Of a stretch of 64,000 nt of DNA, positions 40,401 through 54,000 are shown piece after piece. Location of the stretch: the NCBI GenBank assembly GCA_002104905.1, contig MCFE01000129.1, forward strand, positions 96,098-160,097, written 5' to 3'. The DNA comes from Basidiobolus meristosporus CBS 931.73. Lineage: Eukaryota > Fungi > Basidiobolomycota. The position numbers and the translations under genes were made by a program. Every line of letters starts with the position of its first letter. The stretch's first letter is position 1. Under the pieces are notes generated by a model. That model was not told the DNA's origin. It saw only the letters and a list, made by a program, of their open reading frames with translations, and did no database searches.

Positions 40401-42193
40401 TTCGAATGTGGTTAGTCTCTCTATTGTAGCCCTTATAAACAGGAAGGAATGCCATCCTAATTCACCCGATCAATGTGAGCAGGTTTGAGTCTTGGCCCAC
40501 CAGTTGCAAAGATTCCGGGGATACTTTTGCCGGCGAGGCAGGCGTCGTATTATAGAAGTGGCCATACGGTAAATGCTTATTACTGTCTACAATCAACATC
40601 AATAGTTTTTCGAAGTTGTTGCGCGTGTGTTGCTCATCATTTCCAACTGTTTGTTAGATTCTGTACTGTAGTCTCGTAATGAGGAACCAACGATTTGCAG
40701 TTCCATCTATCCCGACCTTTGGCATACTCCGTCCGTAGCAGCCCCAGTCTGGACCAAATTACAAATCAATTCCCTAATCGGGTTTAAGCTTATATGTACA
40801 ATGACTACAGTGACTGTGGATGGGTCAACGTGGAGTCTTGATTTTAAGCTAATCGTTGCCAATGATATTGCCGAGCGTTAATGAAGGACATGCTATCACT
40901 AATATGCGTGGTTCTAGTGCTGGTACACAATACTTGAGATACGTATATAACGATACATACACTAGGCGCATTAATACGGTTGTCATGAAAGTGAGAACAC
41001 CACGTTCAAATTAATTTGTTCAATAGAATAGGGTTTGCTGGCGTTTTGAGTAAACCAGCATTCAAAAAATCTGTCCCATTTATCAAATCGCATCTCCAAA
41101 ATTGGTAAGTAAACATTTGACTAAGCGTGGTGAAAGGGTACAGGTGTGAGATTCTGTCAGATGCAGCTCACTTTGGTAAATGGCAACACATGGTTTGTTC
41201 TAAGTGTTCAATAGTAGCTTTAATCGTTCTTTGAGTAGTTCCTCATCCTGTACCTACTACAAGTATCAAACTATTCTTCGCTTCAGGATTATACCTAAAG
41301 TGATCATATATTCGTACCTTCTATCGAATTGAATATGCAGCAGACAATCACATGTAGGGGAATTTGAGTCTTGAAAGTGACATCCAGTCTACAAGAATAC
41401 TCTTACATGCTCACTTACTGATACTTAATGGCGCTCGGATGTTTTCAACGCAGATTTGTAAAGATTATTAACTGGTGCAAAAAGATTGGCATGCTAATCC
41501 ACATTGAAAATCCGATACATGTTATTCGCCTTTTTAACAATCAACGTATGTTCTTTTTAATACAACATTTTGGTCGACAAAAATATCTTTTCAAACTTTT
41601 TTTATCTCAGATACAAAATTAATTTAAAACTTTTTGGTTTGGCAAAAATATTTTTAAAAAACTTTTTAAGTATCTGAACAATCCCACTGAGAACATTATA
41701 AGATAGGCCTGATGCCACACTACCGGTGAATAAAGTGGCAGCATTCTCTTCATCATTGTTCTACAATTTGGTTCGTTGTCGACACACTATAAATACTACC
41801 GTTGGATACAGATAAATCTAGGAATCTGATGGAGAGTTACACACTGTTGAGTGTTAAATTCAATATCGCAGTTCTTGACAACGAGTTAATATGCCATTTT
41901 TAAGTCACTTACAATCAAAATAATGGGGAAATGTAGGCACTAACAGTCATATCATCCGAAGCTTTACCCGGAAATTATCCGCGCAACGCTCACTAATTCC
42001 AATTTCCTACCTTGTGCCATTGTGCTAGTGTGCCAGTATTAGATTTTATCATATTAATGCCACCGTATTGAGATCATGTACTATATTAGGTCATATTGAT
42101 TCTACCGTGTAGGCCAGTTGATATTCCTCAGAATTCCATTGTGCAATTAAGTTTCTATAAAATGCCGCTGGTTGCAGGTCACTGCTATGTATC

Positions 42194-42619
42194 ATGTGTA
42201 GAGCTCTTCTATTACTTTTCATACTTACTTTTACATACAAGGCTTTCGGTCAGTCTACTAATGGTACTGACAATGCTAGCTGTATCTTGGACCCTAAGCC
42301 GGGCACCACATGGAGCACCAATTTTGGCTACGTAGCTTGGAATAAGTCTGAAAGCTGCACCTTGGGCCCAGTACTCTCTTTTTCATTGATGTCCAAGGGA
42401 GTTCCGCAAATAGTAGGTCCGAGTATGGCTGTCTCTCCGGGACAGTCAGGCCAATTCAACATTACATTAACTGATGGTCTATCCGGACCACTCCTTGTAA
42501 CATCATCATCTGGAAACATTACTATAGATGTTAACATCCAGAGGTCTACAGCCCAAGTCATTGGATATTCGTTAGTTTTATTATGTCTAAGCTTGCTACT
42601 CCATGGGTTCACTATCTAG
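42194..42619 (+). CDS. Small secreted, probably GPI-anchored protein; last host gene before the subtelomeric array
   Basis: Signal peptide, a beta-rich domain with 2 Cys and N-glycosylation sequons, and a hydrophobic C-terminus. Confidence 0.78.
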   Translation: MCRALLLLFILTFTYKAFGQSTNGTDNASCILDPKPGTTWSTNFGYVAWNKSESCTLGPVLSFSLMSKGVPQIVGPSMAVSPGQSGQFNITLTDGLSGPLLVTSSSGNITIDVNIQRSTAQVIGYSLVLLCLSLLLHGFTI

Positions 42620-42809
42620 CACTTACCCTAAAAAGATACTATACTTAAAAGCAGTTCTGAACTTCCTCCTGCTTATCATCCTACTGAAATCTGTTGTATG
42701 TTGACCTAGGAATTTGGTTGCAAAGTGGATATATATTAAAATATTGCTAACAGGTGAAACTGTTATTTTCATAACCTGAAATGAGGAATCCAGGCACTTC
42801 AAAGGCAGT

Positions 42810-43917
42810 TTTTTAGGGTGAAGGTGTTGTAGTAAGGGCTAGAAGAGGTTTGAAGAGTAGGAGGTGGGGCATGCAGCTCACTTGTGAGTAAAAGAAGCAG
42901 GAGGTAAGCATGGGGAGGGAAAGCTCCTAGTTGAGATAAATCTTTGTTTTGCTAAGTTAGTACAAAGCTACCAAAGCCAGATAAGTGTTACTGAGTCTCA
43001 GAAGCTATTAATCTAACTTAAACTTTACTTCTTAAGAGATATTGTACTGAATAAAATGAATGTCAACTTGGGAAAAGAGAAAACTGAGGCAACTTGCAGG
43101 AATCATAAAGAGTTACAGAGGGCAAGTCACCATTATGGTGAAATCTTATTTTCTAAGTAGTTGCAAGAATTGCCAAAACAAATAAATAAAGAAGCATCTA
43201 ACAGTGTATGAATCTCTCATGTAAACAATCCAACCAAGACTTTTTTCTTTAACAATATTGCACCAAATCAAATGAAGCTGTTCTGGAGAGAAGAGAATGC
43301 CAAGGGATTTGGGGCAACTACAAGCTCAAAGTGATGTTGATCTACACAGCAGATATTTCAGCAAAAGCCTGGAATCCAATTGTCTGGAAAGGTGTGTGAA
43401 ATTTCATGTTACTTGGCCTAAGTGCATCAAGGTGATCAAGGGTCCTTATGAGAGACAATTTGCTCCTTAGGAGGAAAGAAAGTCACAAAGTATTTGATGG
43501 GAACTTTTATTGCAGCCTAGACTAAGATACAAGCAAAGAAGCCAGCAGGAATATAGGTCCCTTTTACAATAACTCTAAACTAGACTCAAAGCAGTATCCC
43601 AAAGTACAGCAAAGCTTGGAGATACATTAAAGTGGAGTAAAGCAGCCTGTGCATTATAGAAGTCATCAAGAAAGTTGGTAGCAGCAGATGAAGGAGAGTT
43701 TGGGACAAGTAAGATAAATCTTGTGAGAACAGTTTTCTCAAGAGGACAGTTTAATAGAGAGGTTAGTCAGGAAATTTCTCATAGTTGTGTTCAAGGCAGT
43801 TCCAGCTGAAAATGTTGTGGACATTCTCAGAAAACTCCTTTGCAATACTTATGAGAAGTACTATGGCCAGAGTTTGATGGTTGATAAGCCTCATGTCTAT
43901 ATGATTTGGCAAGTGGG
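42810..43917 (-). mobile_element. Degenerate relics of telomeric LINE family members
   Basis: Decayed copies of the shared 3' terminal motif at 42911-42950 and 43112-43153. GGAGAGTTTGGG near 43694 matches element A RT (LPKLS) at 61254-61263. No ORF. Confidence 0.6.
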
Positions 43918-44183
43918 TCAGGGGAAGAAAAGTAACTAAGTGGTGAAGTCCTTATTCACTTATGACAAATAACTAAAGAACCCAAGTTAATCTGAAGTTA
44001 TTCCTAGAAAGCTAGGTCTGAGAGATATCTTCCTGGTAAGCCAGTTCTGAGAGTTGAGAAGCTGAGTGTTACTGCATTTCCTTGTTAGCTATGTCCTGGA
44101 GAGGCCTCCTGGAAAGCCAGGCCTGAGAAGTGAGAACCTAAGTATATCTGAGGTGAGTTGTACTGGTTTGCAGTAGCTGAATC
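43918..44183 (-). mobile_element. Older copy (D3) of the SINE-like element D, interrupted by a Copia LTR
   Basis: Colinear with 58711-58970 (e.g. CCAAGTTAATCTGAAGTTATTCCTAGAAAGCTAGGTCTGAGAGATATCTTCCTGG) with scattered substitutions; stops at the TG of the LTR at 44184. Confidence 0.88.
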
Positions 44184-47100
44184 TGTTGTAAGAGTCATGG
44201 AGATATTGGAAGTGATCTGGAGAACAAGTACATTATATGCTTTGATTGAATGATTGATTGAATGTAAAAGTAGTATTTATACTTATACATGGTCTTGGCA
44301 TAACAAGCATGTAGAATAGGCTTAGGAAGGTCCCAAGAACATGTGTGCAAAGTTTGAGGCTGTTTGGACAACTTTGAGAGCATCATGTTCTGGGTACCTG
44401 GTATTTTGGTGAAAATATTCCAAGTAAATTCCAACAAGGAATTTGATCAGTGTTCTCTAGTATTTGAAGGTAATGATCTAAGTGACTAGGTTAGGTGAAT
44501 ATTTAGGTGGAATTACAAACTTTTACAACATTCCCACTCAGCTAAATGTTTTTACTGACTAGTCTTAATTTTGACCTACAATATTCAAACTTGTCTCTAG
44601 CTAATGGTTTGGTGAATATGTATGCAATCACTTCATCTGAAGGACAGTAAGCTAAGCTAACTAAGTTATTCTCTATAGCTTCACATATGAAACAATGTCT
44701 AATATCTATGTGCTTAGTTCTAGTATGAAAAGTAGGATTTCTATCTAATTATATACATCCTTGATTATCTTGAAATAAAGTAGTGGGCATTTTTTGACAT
44801 TAGCCTAAATCTGTAAAAAGCCTTCTTAACCACATTGCTTCTTTTGTAGCTTCCCGGGCTGCCATATACTCTACCTCTGTGGTAGAAAGTGCTACAGTTG
44901 GTTGCTTTCTTAAATTCCATGAAATTGCTCCTTGACAGTGAAGAAAGGTGTATCCTGTGGTGGATCTTGTGTCTTCAAAATTTTGTCCCCAATCAGCATC
45001 AGAATATCCCACAAGATCCTGCTCTGAATCCTTATAAGTGTATCTTAAGCAGACATCAGCAGCTCCTTTTAGGTATCTGAAAATCCGCTTAACAACTTCA
45101 ACATGATCAGATCATAGTTCTGATTATGCTGGCTGACTACTCCCATTGAGTATGAGATATCTGGTCTTGTTCCAAGCATGAGATACATTAGACTGCTGAC
45201 TATAGATTGATAAGGAAAGTCAGGGCTTTCAGATGGCCCCAAGCTCTCTTGATTTGGTTGAGTTTTGACCAAGTTAAGGTTTGTCTCCATTGGGGTAGCT
45301 GCTGGTTTACAGTCTTCCAATTGATTTTTCTTTAGATATCTTGAATATACTTGGATTGGCTTAGGGTGATAGTCTGGCTACTTCTGTCTATGGAGAACTT
45401 TATCCCTAAGTAGTAACTGAGTTCTCCTAGATTGGACATCTTGAACTCTCTAGATAGGCTGGATTTAGACTCTTCCAATGTTGATTGGTTGTTGGTGGCT
45501 ATAATAAGATTATCCACATATAGAGCTAATAGAGCTGGATTTGCTCTATCTGGCTTGTAGTATATAATATAGTTAGCATTACTCCTTTTGAAACTCAAAG
45601 ATTCCAAATAAGAATCTATCTTGCAATTCCAGGCCCTTGGTGATTGTGTGAGACCATATAGAGATTTTTTAAGCTTGCAGACCAAATGGGGGTTATCTTG
45701 GCCAAAAAACCCATCAGGCTGGTCCATATACATGTCCTCATCAAGTTCTTCCTTCAAAAATGCAGTTTTACATCCATCCAATATATAAAAAACTTGTATT
45801 TGGCTGTAATAACCAATATCAATCTGATGGAATTAAACTTGGCTACCAGTGCAAAGGTCTCAGTATAGTCAAGTAATTTTGCTTGAGAGTATCCTTTGGC
45901 CACAAGTCTTGCTTTGTATCTTTCAATTGTACCATTAGCCTTGTATTTTGTCTTAAAGACCCATCTGCACCCAATTGATTTTTGGTTGATTGGTAATTTG
46001 GCCAAGTCCCAAGTTTGATTTTCCATCAGGGCCTGATATTCCTCAGTCATTGCAGATCTCCAAAACTTTGTCTGAGGGCTATTTAGGGCCTCTTTTACAG
46101 TCTGGGGCTCATCAATATGGACTGAATAGGTATAGGCTAAGTTTGTGCCCTCATTGATATAGTAATTTGGGCTATTTCTTGTCCGATTTGATCTCCGGGC
46201 ATTTGGTACTGGAATGATCACTTCTGGGATATTCCTGGGCACTGATTCTGGCTGAACCACAGTTGTAGAGTCCTCTGGAGTGAAAAAATTTCATTGTTTT
46301 GCTCTGATTCAATCCTGACAATTGGTGGACTTGAGATCAAATTTTTGTCATCATCTGATGTTGTTTTTTGTGAAAGTTTCAAAATTTTCATCAAACAACG
46401 CATCCCTGGACTTGATCAGCTTCTTTGCTTTGGTATTGTAGAGTCTGTATGCCTTACTCTCATTGCAGTAGCCCAAAAATATACATTTTACACTTTTTGG
46501 CTCAAATTTTGACTGATTTCCAGCCAGTTTTTTGGCATATGCTGTACACCCAAATATTCTTAGATGTTCTGCACTTGGTCTGTGTCAATACCATGCTTCA
46601 AATGGAGTAGAATCACAAAGTATTCTGTTATAACTCCTATTTTTAAGGTATACAGCAGTGGCAACTGATTCCGCCAAAAATTATAGGATAATTTTTGATC
46701 ATGGATCATAGATCTTGCCATATCAATTATTGATCTGTTAGCTGGTTCTGCTACTCCATTTTGCTGTGGGGAGTATGGTACAGTGGTCTCTTGCTTTATC
46801 CCATAAATTTTGCAGAAGTGGATGAAGAGTTTTGAGGTATACTCTCCACCATTGTCAGAGCGTATTTTCTTGATTTTTTCACCAGTTTCTCTCTCCACCA
46901 TGGCTTTAAACTCCCTGAACTTAGACAGAGCTTTTTCCTTTCTCTCCATGAAGTAGACCCATGTGTATCTTGTATAATCATCAATAAAAGTGATTAAGTA
47001 CTTCATCCCGCCTAAGGATAAATTTTGCATAGGTCCACACAGATCTGAGTGAATTAGATCTAATTTTTTCTTAGTTTTGATTAACCCAGAGCTCTTGAAT

Positions 47101-47955
47101 GGTTGTATGGCTTGTTTCCCATATATGCAGACTTCACAGTGCTCCAAATTAGCTGGGGGATCAATTTTTACTCCAGAAATTAGCTGATCTTTGATCATTT
47201 TACGCAAATAATCAAAATTGATGTGTCCAAATCTCCTGTGCCAAAGCATTGGTGTTTCTTCATTTAAGTTACTTATATTGGCTTCCAGATATGATGGAAT
47301 ATAAGTCAACTTGTATAGATTCTGATCTCTGATGCCTGAAGCAATATGGGTACCATTTTGATCAGTGATCCTGCATCCAGAATTGTCAAAACTGAAAACA
47401 AGTCCTTCTGCTGTGGCCTTGCTTACAGAGAGTAGGTTCTTGGCTATTTCTGGTACATAGAGTACTTCTTTAAAGGTCAGTGAATGGCTTCCTTCACTGC
47501 TTCTAAGGTTTACTTGGATAGTTCCTTCTCCCACTGCATCAAGTGTTCTATCATCACCCATGAAAACCTTCTTAATTGGAATTTCTTGATATTGGGTAAA
47601 GAGTTCATTTTGGTGTGTAAAGTGTTGAGATGCTCCAGAGTCAATATACCACGTCTGAGAATCCTTGTTTGTGGTCATATTTAGTGCAGATATGAATAGT
47701 CTATCTTCAGTTGTTGCAGCATTTCCATATTCTGGCTTCTTTAGCTGATAATCTCTCTTTTTGAGACACCGGTCTGATGTGTGTCCTTTCCTCTTGCAGT
47801 AACTGCAAAACAGGTTGCTATTGCCTTTGTAGGGTCTTGGGTACCTCCTTTGTTGATTATCATTGCTTATTAAAGCATTTTCTTCTTCCTTCTTTTTGGT
47901 GCTTAATTTTCTTAATTCTTCATCCAGGAGCCTTCCATATGTTGTAATTATTAAG
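44184..47955 (-). mobile_element. 5'-truncated Ty1/Copia element: 3' LTR 44184-44530, decayed RNase H/RT, integrase, protease, zinc knuckle; cut in gag
   Basis: LTR TGTTGTAA...TTACAACA is related to the LTRs at 4652/7614; PPT at 44531-44540. Motifs: CSYCKRKGHTSDRC, WYIDSGASQH, HRRFGH...CEVC, IHSDLCGP, SDNGGEY, QQNGVAE, YKARLVAKG, LYVDN, GYSDADW. Frameshifts present; no 5' LTR. Confidence 0.93.
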
Positions 47956-48026
47956 TTAGGGTTAGGGGGGGAGACATTCACCAACAGGTGAAATCTTTAT
48001 TTCAGTTGAAACAAAGAAGCCAGCGC
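47956..48026 (-). mobile_element. One telomere repeat plus the terminal 65 bp of a family-B telomeric LINE
   Basis: TTAGGG TTAGGGGGGG AGACATTCACCAACAGGTGAAATCTTTATTTCAGTTGAAACAAAGAAGCCAGCGC, identical to 54601 onward except for one base. Confidence 0.92.
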
Positions 48027-51000
48027 TGTGGTGGTGTATAAGTCCAAAGGGCAAAATACGGCCAACACTTCTCAAGTGTGAATGTGTGTGGGGTGTTCAC
48101 TGGGTGCAATAACCTCTGGCAAAAGCTTGCTAGGAATACTGGGTGTTTTGTCTAATCTAATGTGATGGGGGATAAAGCTTGTCAAGGGAAAACTATTGAA
48201 CTACAATCCCCAACTTAGTTGGTGTCTTAACAAAAGTTTATAATGGCTTTGATGTCCTTTGAGATGACAATGTACTAAAGCTTCCAAAGTCAAAACAACT
48301 GTAAACTCCACCAACAGGGACTTGATAAGAATGCAGCTTTGACCAATAGTTACAAAGACTGAAAAGTATCTTTGCCTGTACAAGAACAAACTTGGGAAAA
48401 CAAACAAATATAATAAAATATACCTACTCTGAGTATTCCTCACAAGTAGTGCCTCCAAGGTCAGTTGGCTGTCAGCGCGGTTTCCTGGGAGTGTCGTCAG
48501 GTCTGAGTCAGAAAATAGTGGTAATAGGTAGCAGTGATCTCACTAATCAATAAGTGAGAATATTGGAAGAGGGATGATTTATTTTAAGGGATAGCCTCCC
48601 TTATATACTTTTCTGCTGCTCAAATATTTGCTAGAAAATACTTTCCGGAAGTTTCCAGAAGGTAGTAGACAGCCAATCATGTCATTGAGTATTAAAAATA
48701 GCGCAAATTCTTGGCGGATTGCTCCATGAGACATAGTAGCACTTAGCCAATCAGGTAGTGGTAATATGAAACCTCTGTGTCATGTGGTTGCCTCTTATGG
48801 TAGTAGGATGAGAGGATTGTGAAACCAAGATGGTCACATGACATGGGCACTGTTGGGGTACTTGCCTTATAAGGTAACTATCTTATCTTGGCATCTTGGC
48901 AAGGGATAAGAATAGCTTGTGCAATGGGTTAATAGTGACAAATAGTTTGTCAGGTTGCATAGTAATGATCACATAGACAAAAATAGGAAGTATTGCAAAT
49001 TTGGGATGATAATAATATAGGCGGGGTAATCCTTTTTAGGGAAGTGAACGCATAAGAATGAGCACATCTGCCTGTGGGTGTCACTGTGATCCCACTACAT
49101 CCACCCCCCTCTCAGCTTTGAACTCAGGTCAAAGCAAACTAAATGTGATGTGCGAAATTCCGGTGCTTGAATAGCTTAAGTCTGTTTCCTGCCACAGGTG
49201 CTCTCAGCGGTGTTTCATCAAATTCAGACAGGTAGTAGCTTCCATATCCAATCACCTTAGAGATAATATATGGGTCAGACCACTTATTGTCAAATTTGCG
49301 ACTCCACTGCTTGTCTAAAGTGGAATCATAGAGCAGTACTGGATCTCCTTGCAGTAATGGCTTTGGTCTAAGGCTATGTGACTTGTCAAATGGTTCCTTG
49401 TTCTGAAGTCTTGTCTCTTTGAGTTTAGCAGCTGCTTGGGTAATATCAAGTTCATGGTGATCAAGCTGTTTGATGCGTGTAGTCAGTAGTTCTTCTGTAC
49501 TCATTGTAGTCCCCCATTCTAGCATGTTCCAGGATGTTGAGTCAAGCTCTATGGGAAGAACGCAATCGTGTCCATAAAGCAATTTGAATGGAGATAGGCC
49601 TGTGCTGCGTTTTGTAGTGATTCTATCTGCCCAGAGTGCTAGATGAAGTTGTCTAGGCCACTGTAGTGTCATGTTGTTGCAGCTCTTGACTAGGGAGTTA
49701 ACTAAGGGGCCATGGCCCCTTTCAACCATTCCATTGGCCTGTGGGTGATACGTGGTGGTGAAAGCAATATGAATCTTGTACTGTGAGCAGAGTTCCTGGA
49801 TCAAATTTGAAGTCATTTCCCCTCGGTCAGCAACAAACTGGCTGATGCAGCCAAATCTGCATATTATATCTTCAAGAATAAATCTCCATATTGTGTGGCT
49901 TTTGTTATTGGATAGGGCTCAAGCTTCTACCCACCCACTCAGATCATCTCTGGCAACAACAAGGTACTTCTTGGCTCCAGCAGTTGGCATGTGGACCAGG
50001 TCAATGCCAACCTTGTGCCATAGACAAGGTGTGTAGGTTGGATGGAGCGGCTCCTCATATCTCTTGGTTGACCTTCTTTGGCAAATGTCACAAGATTCAA
50101 CAAAGTGTTGGACATCATGATACATATGCTCCCAGTAGTACCTACTGGAAACAACATTGTAAGTGGTGTCTCTGCCTCTATGACCACCGGGTCTTCCTTC
50201 ATGAAGGCTTGACATCATAGTCAGTTGTTCCAGGGGCTCAACTATAACTCTCCTTGGTGTCTGTCCAGGCTTTACTTGTTTGAAGAGGAGGCCATCCTTT
50301 ATGTAGAAATGATGGGCCTTCTTCCTGAGCTTTCTGAAATCATGTGGGCTCATTCCTGGTGGCTTCTCTAAGGTTCTCAGATAGTCTTGAATGGTGTTCC
50401 ACGTAGAGTTGCTGGGCTTCTTCACATGTAGTTATTGGATTTCTGCATCAATTATGTCATCAAAGTCAGGGTCCATATCTTCAGACAACTGTGGTCCCTT
50501 CCTAGAGAGTGCATCGGCCACAACATTTGTCTTGCCAGGGATATGTCTGACCTCAAAGTCAAACATTTTCAGCCATGCCATCCATCAATTTGTGGCATCA
50601 TCAGGTAGGTCAGGCTTGTTGATCATTCCTATAAGTGGCTTAGCATCTGTCTCCAGGATGAAATGTGTCATGTAGAGTTGTGATTTCAGCTTTCTCAGCA
50701 TCTTCACAACTCCTAGTAGCTCTCTCTTAATCTGTGGGTATCTTTGTTCTCTAGGAGAGAAGAGGCAGCTCTCATATCTGCAGGCATAGCGGTTGCCATC
50801 TTCATCATCTTGGCCAAGTAGTGCTCCAGCTCCTGTAGGGCTTGCATCCACTGTCAAGATAGGTGGGCATTCAGTGCTCTGATAGTCAAGAGGTCTCAGA
50901 ACTGGTGGAGATACTAAGGCCTCTTTTAGTAATTGCATGGCTTCTTCTTGCTCTTCTCCCCAGTTAAATGGGGCATTCTTTCTCTGTAGTTGGTAGATTG

Positions 51001-54000
51001 GTTCTGCTATCTCAGAAAATCTTGGGATCCAGATCCTAAAGAACCCACAAGCTGCCACAAAGCCACGAGCTTGTGTTAGATTTGTGGGGGTAGGCCAGTT
51101 GCATATTTTTTGTGTCTTGGAGTCTCCGGGTGAACGACCAAAGGTGTTGCATTTTTGTCCAACAATGGATATCTCTGATACACCAAAGCTACTTTTCTCA
51201 CCACTGATGGTGAGTCCAGCTTCTTCAATGGCTCCTAATATGGCATCATTGTCTGATATATGGTCATAGACAAACTTTCTTACTCCAGGCATAACTTCAG
51301 TTGTGTCCAGGAGTTTTGGTCCTTTGATGCCTATGTCATCAACAAAGACAGCAAGTTTCTCAGGTATAAACTGGTAGAGCACATTTACCATGCATCTCTG
51401 GAACTGAGCCACGGAGTTTGTTGCCCCTTGGCTAAGTCTTGTCATTCTTAACAGTCCAAATGGTGTCTGGAGTGCAAACATATCTCTTGATGTCTCATCT
51501 AGGGGGATCTGGTCATATCCTGAGTAGAGATCATATGTTGAGTAGATGGAGTGACCACTAAAGCTTTCTGCAAAGTCATCAATAGACGGAGGTATTGCGG
51601 CATCTCTGATGGTGACAGCATTTGCAGGTTGCATGTCTTGAATGAATCAGAGCTTCCCATTCTTCTTTTTGGTCACAAACCATCTGTTAGCAAAAGGTCC
51701 ATGGCAAGGTTCTAGGATACCAGCTTCAATCTTCTTCTTAAGTAGGTCATGCACATCAGCTTGGAGTCCTCTAGGTAGTGGGTAAGGCTTAAATGACCAG
51801 GGTGTGTGGGGCACTGTATGAATCTTGATAGGTTTTTCAACCGATGTCTTTAAGAGTCCCATCTCCTTGTCATTAGACTTGTTCCGTTGGATAGTGCCAC
51901 ATTGAGCCATGAGTGCCAAATGATGCCATAGTGTGCCAGAGAGGCCAATTGAGCCTCTACCTGGCCACAGGGTGTGAAACATAGCTCCGCATCTTCATGC
52001 AAGGCAGCCCCTGTGTTTCACCCATTGTGTTGGAGAAAATCCATTTTTTGACCTTTTTTTTTGGATCAATGTTGTGCAGGATATGTTAGAGCACAAGCAG
52101 ATTGAAGATATGCATCTGGTACTCAATACCCATGGCACTCTGAATCTAGCTCCTGTAGCTTGTATCATGTCACAAAAATGAATGGCACTATCTTGGTCCA
52201 CTGGTACTATCTGGCACTATAAGTGCTTTGTATAGATCTTACTTTAGGGCTAATATTTAAATATAGTGCCAGATAGTACCAGTGGACCAAGATAGTGCCA
52301 TTCATTTTTGTGACATGAGACAAGCTACTGGAGCTAGATTCAGAGTGCCATGGGTATTGAGTACCAGATGCATATCCTCAGCTCTCCTGTGCTCTTACAC
52401 ATCCTGAGCTACATTGATCCACAAAAAAAGGTCAAAAAATGGATTTTCTCCTGCGCAATGGGTGAAACACAGGGGCTGCTTTACATGAAGATGCAGAGCT
52501 ATGTTTCACACTCTGTGGCCAAGTGTAGGCTCACTTGACCTCTCTGGCACACTATGGCATCATTTGGCACTCATGGCTCAATGTGGCACTATCCAACGGA
52601 ACAAGTCTATTATATGAGAAAACCTTATCATGCCTTTTCAGGGTTTCTTCAAATAGTAAGATCTCCTCCGGTGTTAGGTTTCCATCACCAATGGTAAGTT
52701 GCTTAAGTCTCTCAGGTGTAAGTCGTATATCTTCTGGTGTTCCTTCTGGTGATCTGATGTAATCAGCAGGTTGAGATCCATCAGTTAAAGGCGTAAGTGA
52801 TGGTCTAATCTTCTGTTCCACTGTCTTGTACTTTGTGCAAACCATAGCTGTCTGCTCTTGTATACCTAATGAGCAGCTCCAACTGTTAGGGTGTATACTG
52901 TCAGGCTCCTCATCTTCTTCTATAACAAGATGTGTCTTCTGGCAAGCGGTATGTGTCCTCTTATTGTTGGGTGTTACCCCACAGAATGTTGACTGTAGTC
53001 CTGGGTTGGATTCTTGTATAGTGTACCACACTGACCCATCAGAATAGTTGGTAGTTGTAGCCTTAGTACTGGTCTCCCATGGTCTGCCTAACAGCAGGTC
53101 AAAGTTTGCCTTCTGGCATATAAAGAGGGGAAGCCAGACCTTGATTCCTTGTACCTCAATAGGGAACTTGTGCACTACACCATAGGGTGGGCTAGATCCT
53201 GAGTTTGCATCAGTCATGTTCCATCCAATATCTCTATCAACAGGCAGTAGCTCCTTGCTTCTAAGTGTCTTCCAGAAGTCTAGCGGCATAACACAAATCT
53301 CTGAACCACTGTCAATATGGCAGTCAACAAGGTCATCATATATATACCCTTTCACCACAGCAGTTGCAACTGAGTAAAAGGTCTTATATTTGGTAGCGTT
53401 GTCGCCCTTTTTGTGGTCTTCATGGTTTGTCTGGATTATATGGGTGTCCATATGTTCAACAGCCTGTCTTCTTGTTCTAAGCTGCTCATCAAAGGTCTTC
53501 CTAACAGATGGTGATACACTCATGATTTCTCCAACTGACAAAGTGAGGTTCTGCTTCAGCAGTTTCTCAGTAATCAATTGGGGGCTTGAGTAGCCTGCTA
53601 TCTTTGAGGTCATCTGAAAGTGAGGTAATGGGTCTTGGGTAGGCAGTGTTCCAGGCCTCTTGTCAATAATAACCTCAGGCTCTTCAAATTGTGGTCTTCT
53701 AAGGATGGGTTTGACAGGTTCTTCAGGAAGGTGTCTCTTAGTAGCAAAGGTGTCTACTTTGTATTTTCTGTTGTCAGGGCTGTTTGGACTCACTGTATGA
53801 GTCTCAATAGGGGCATCAACAGTAATCTTTCTAGTTGCTCAGTCAGACTTCTGGAAAAGGGCTCTCATTCCACCTCTTTGGAAATTAGTGGGAATCCTTT
53901 TTCCTTCCTTATCAGCAAGCATTCCATCAGCATCAAACTGTACTGCTCCTTCTCTAAGTAGCTGGCTAAGCTCTGAGCATTCTCGTCTGGCATGCTGAGT

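Noticed and set aside
41575-41680. AT-rich imperfect duplication in an intergenic region
   Set aside because: Low complexity, with no terminal repeats or other support.
53839-53841. In-frame TGA between Gypsy gag and pol as programmed readthrough
   Set aside because: The context is TGA-GCA, not a leaky motif, and the same element has other nonsense codons (54367) and frameshifts. It is most likely a mutation.
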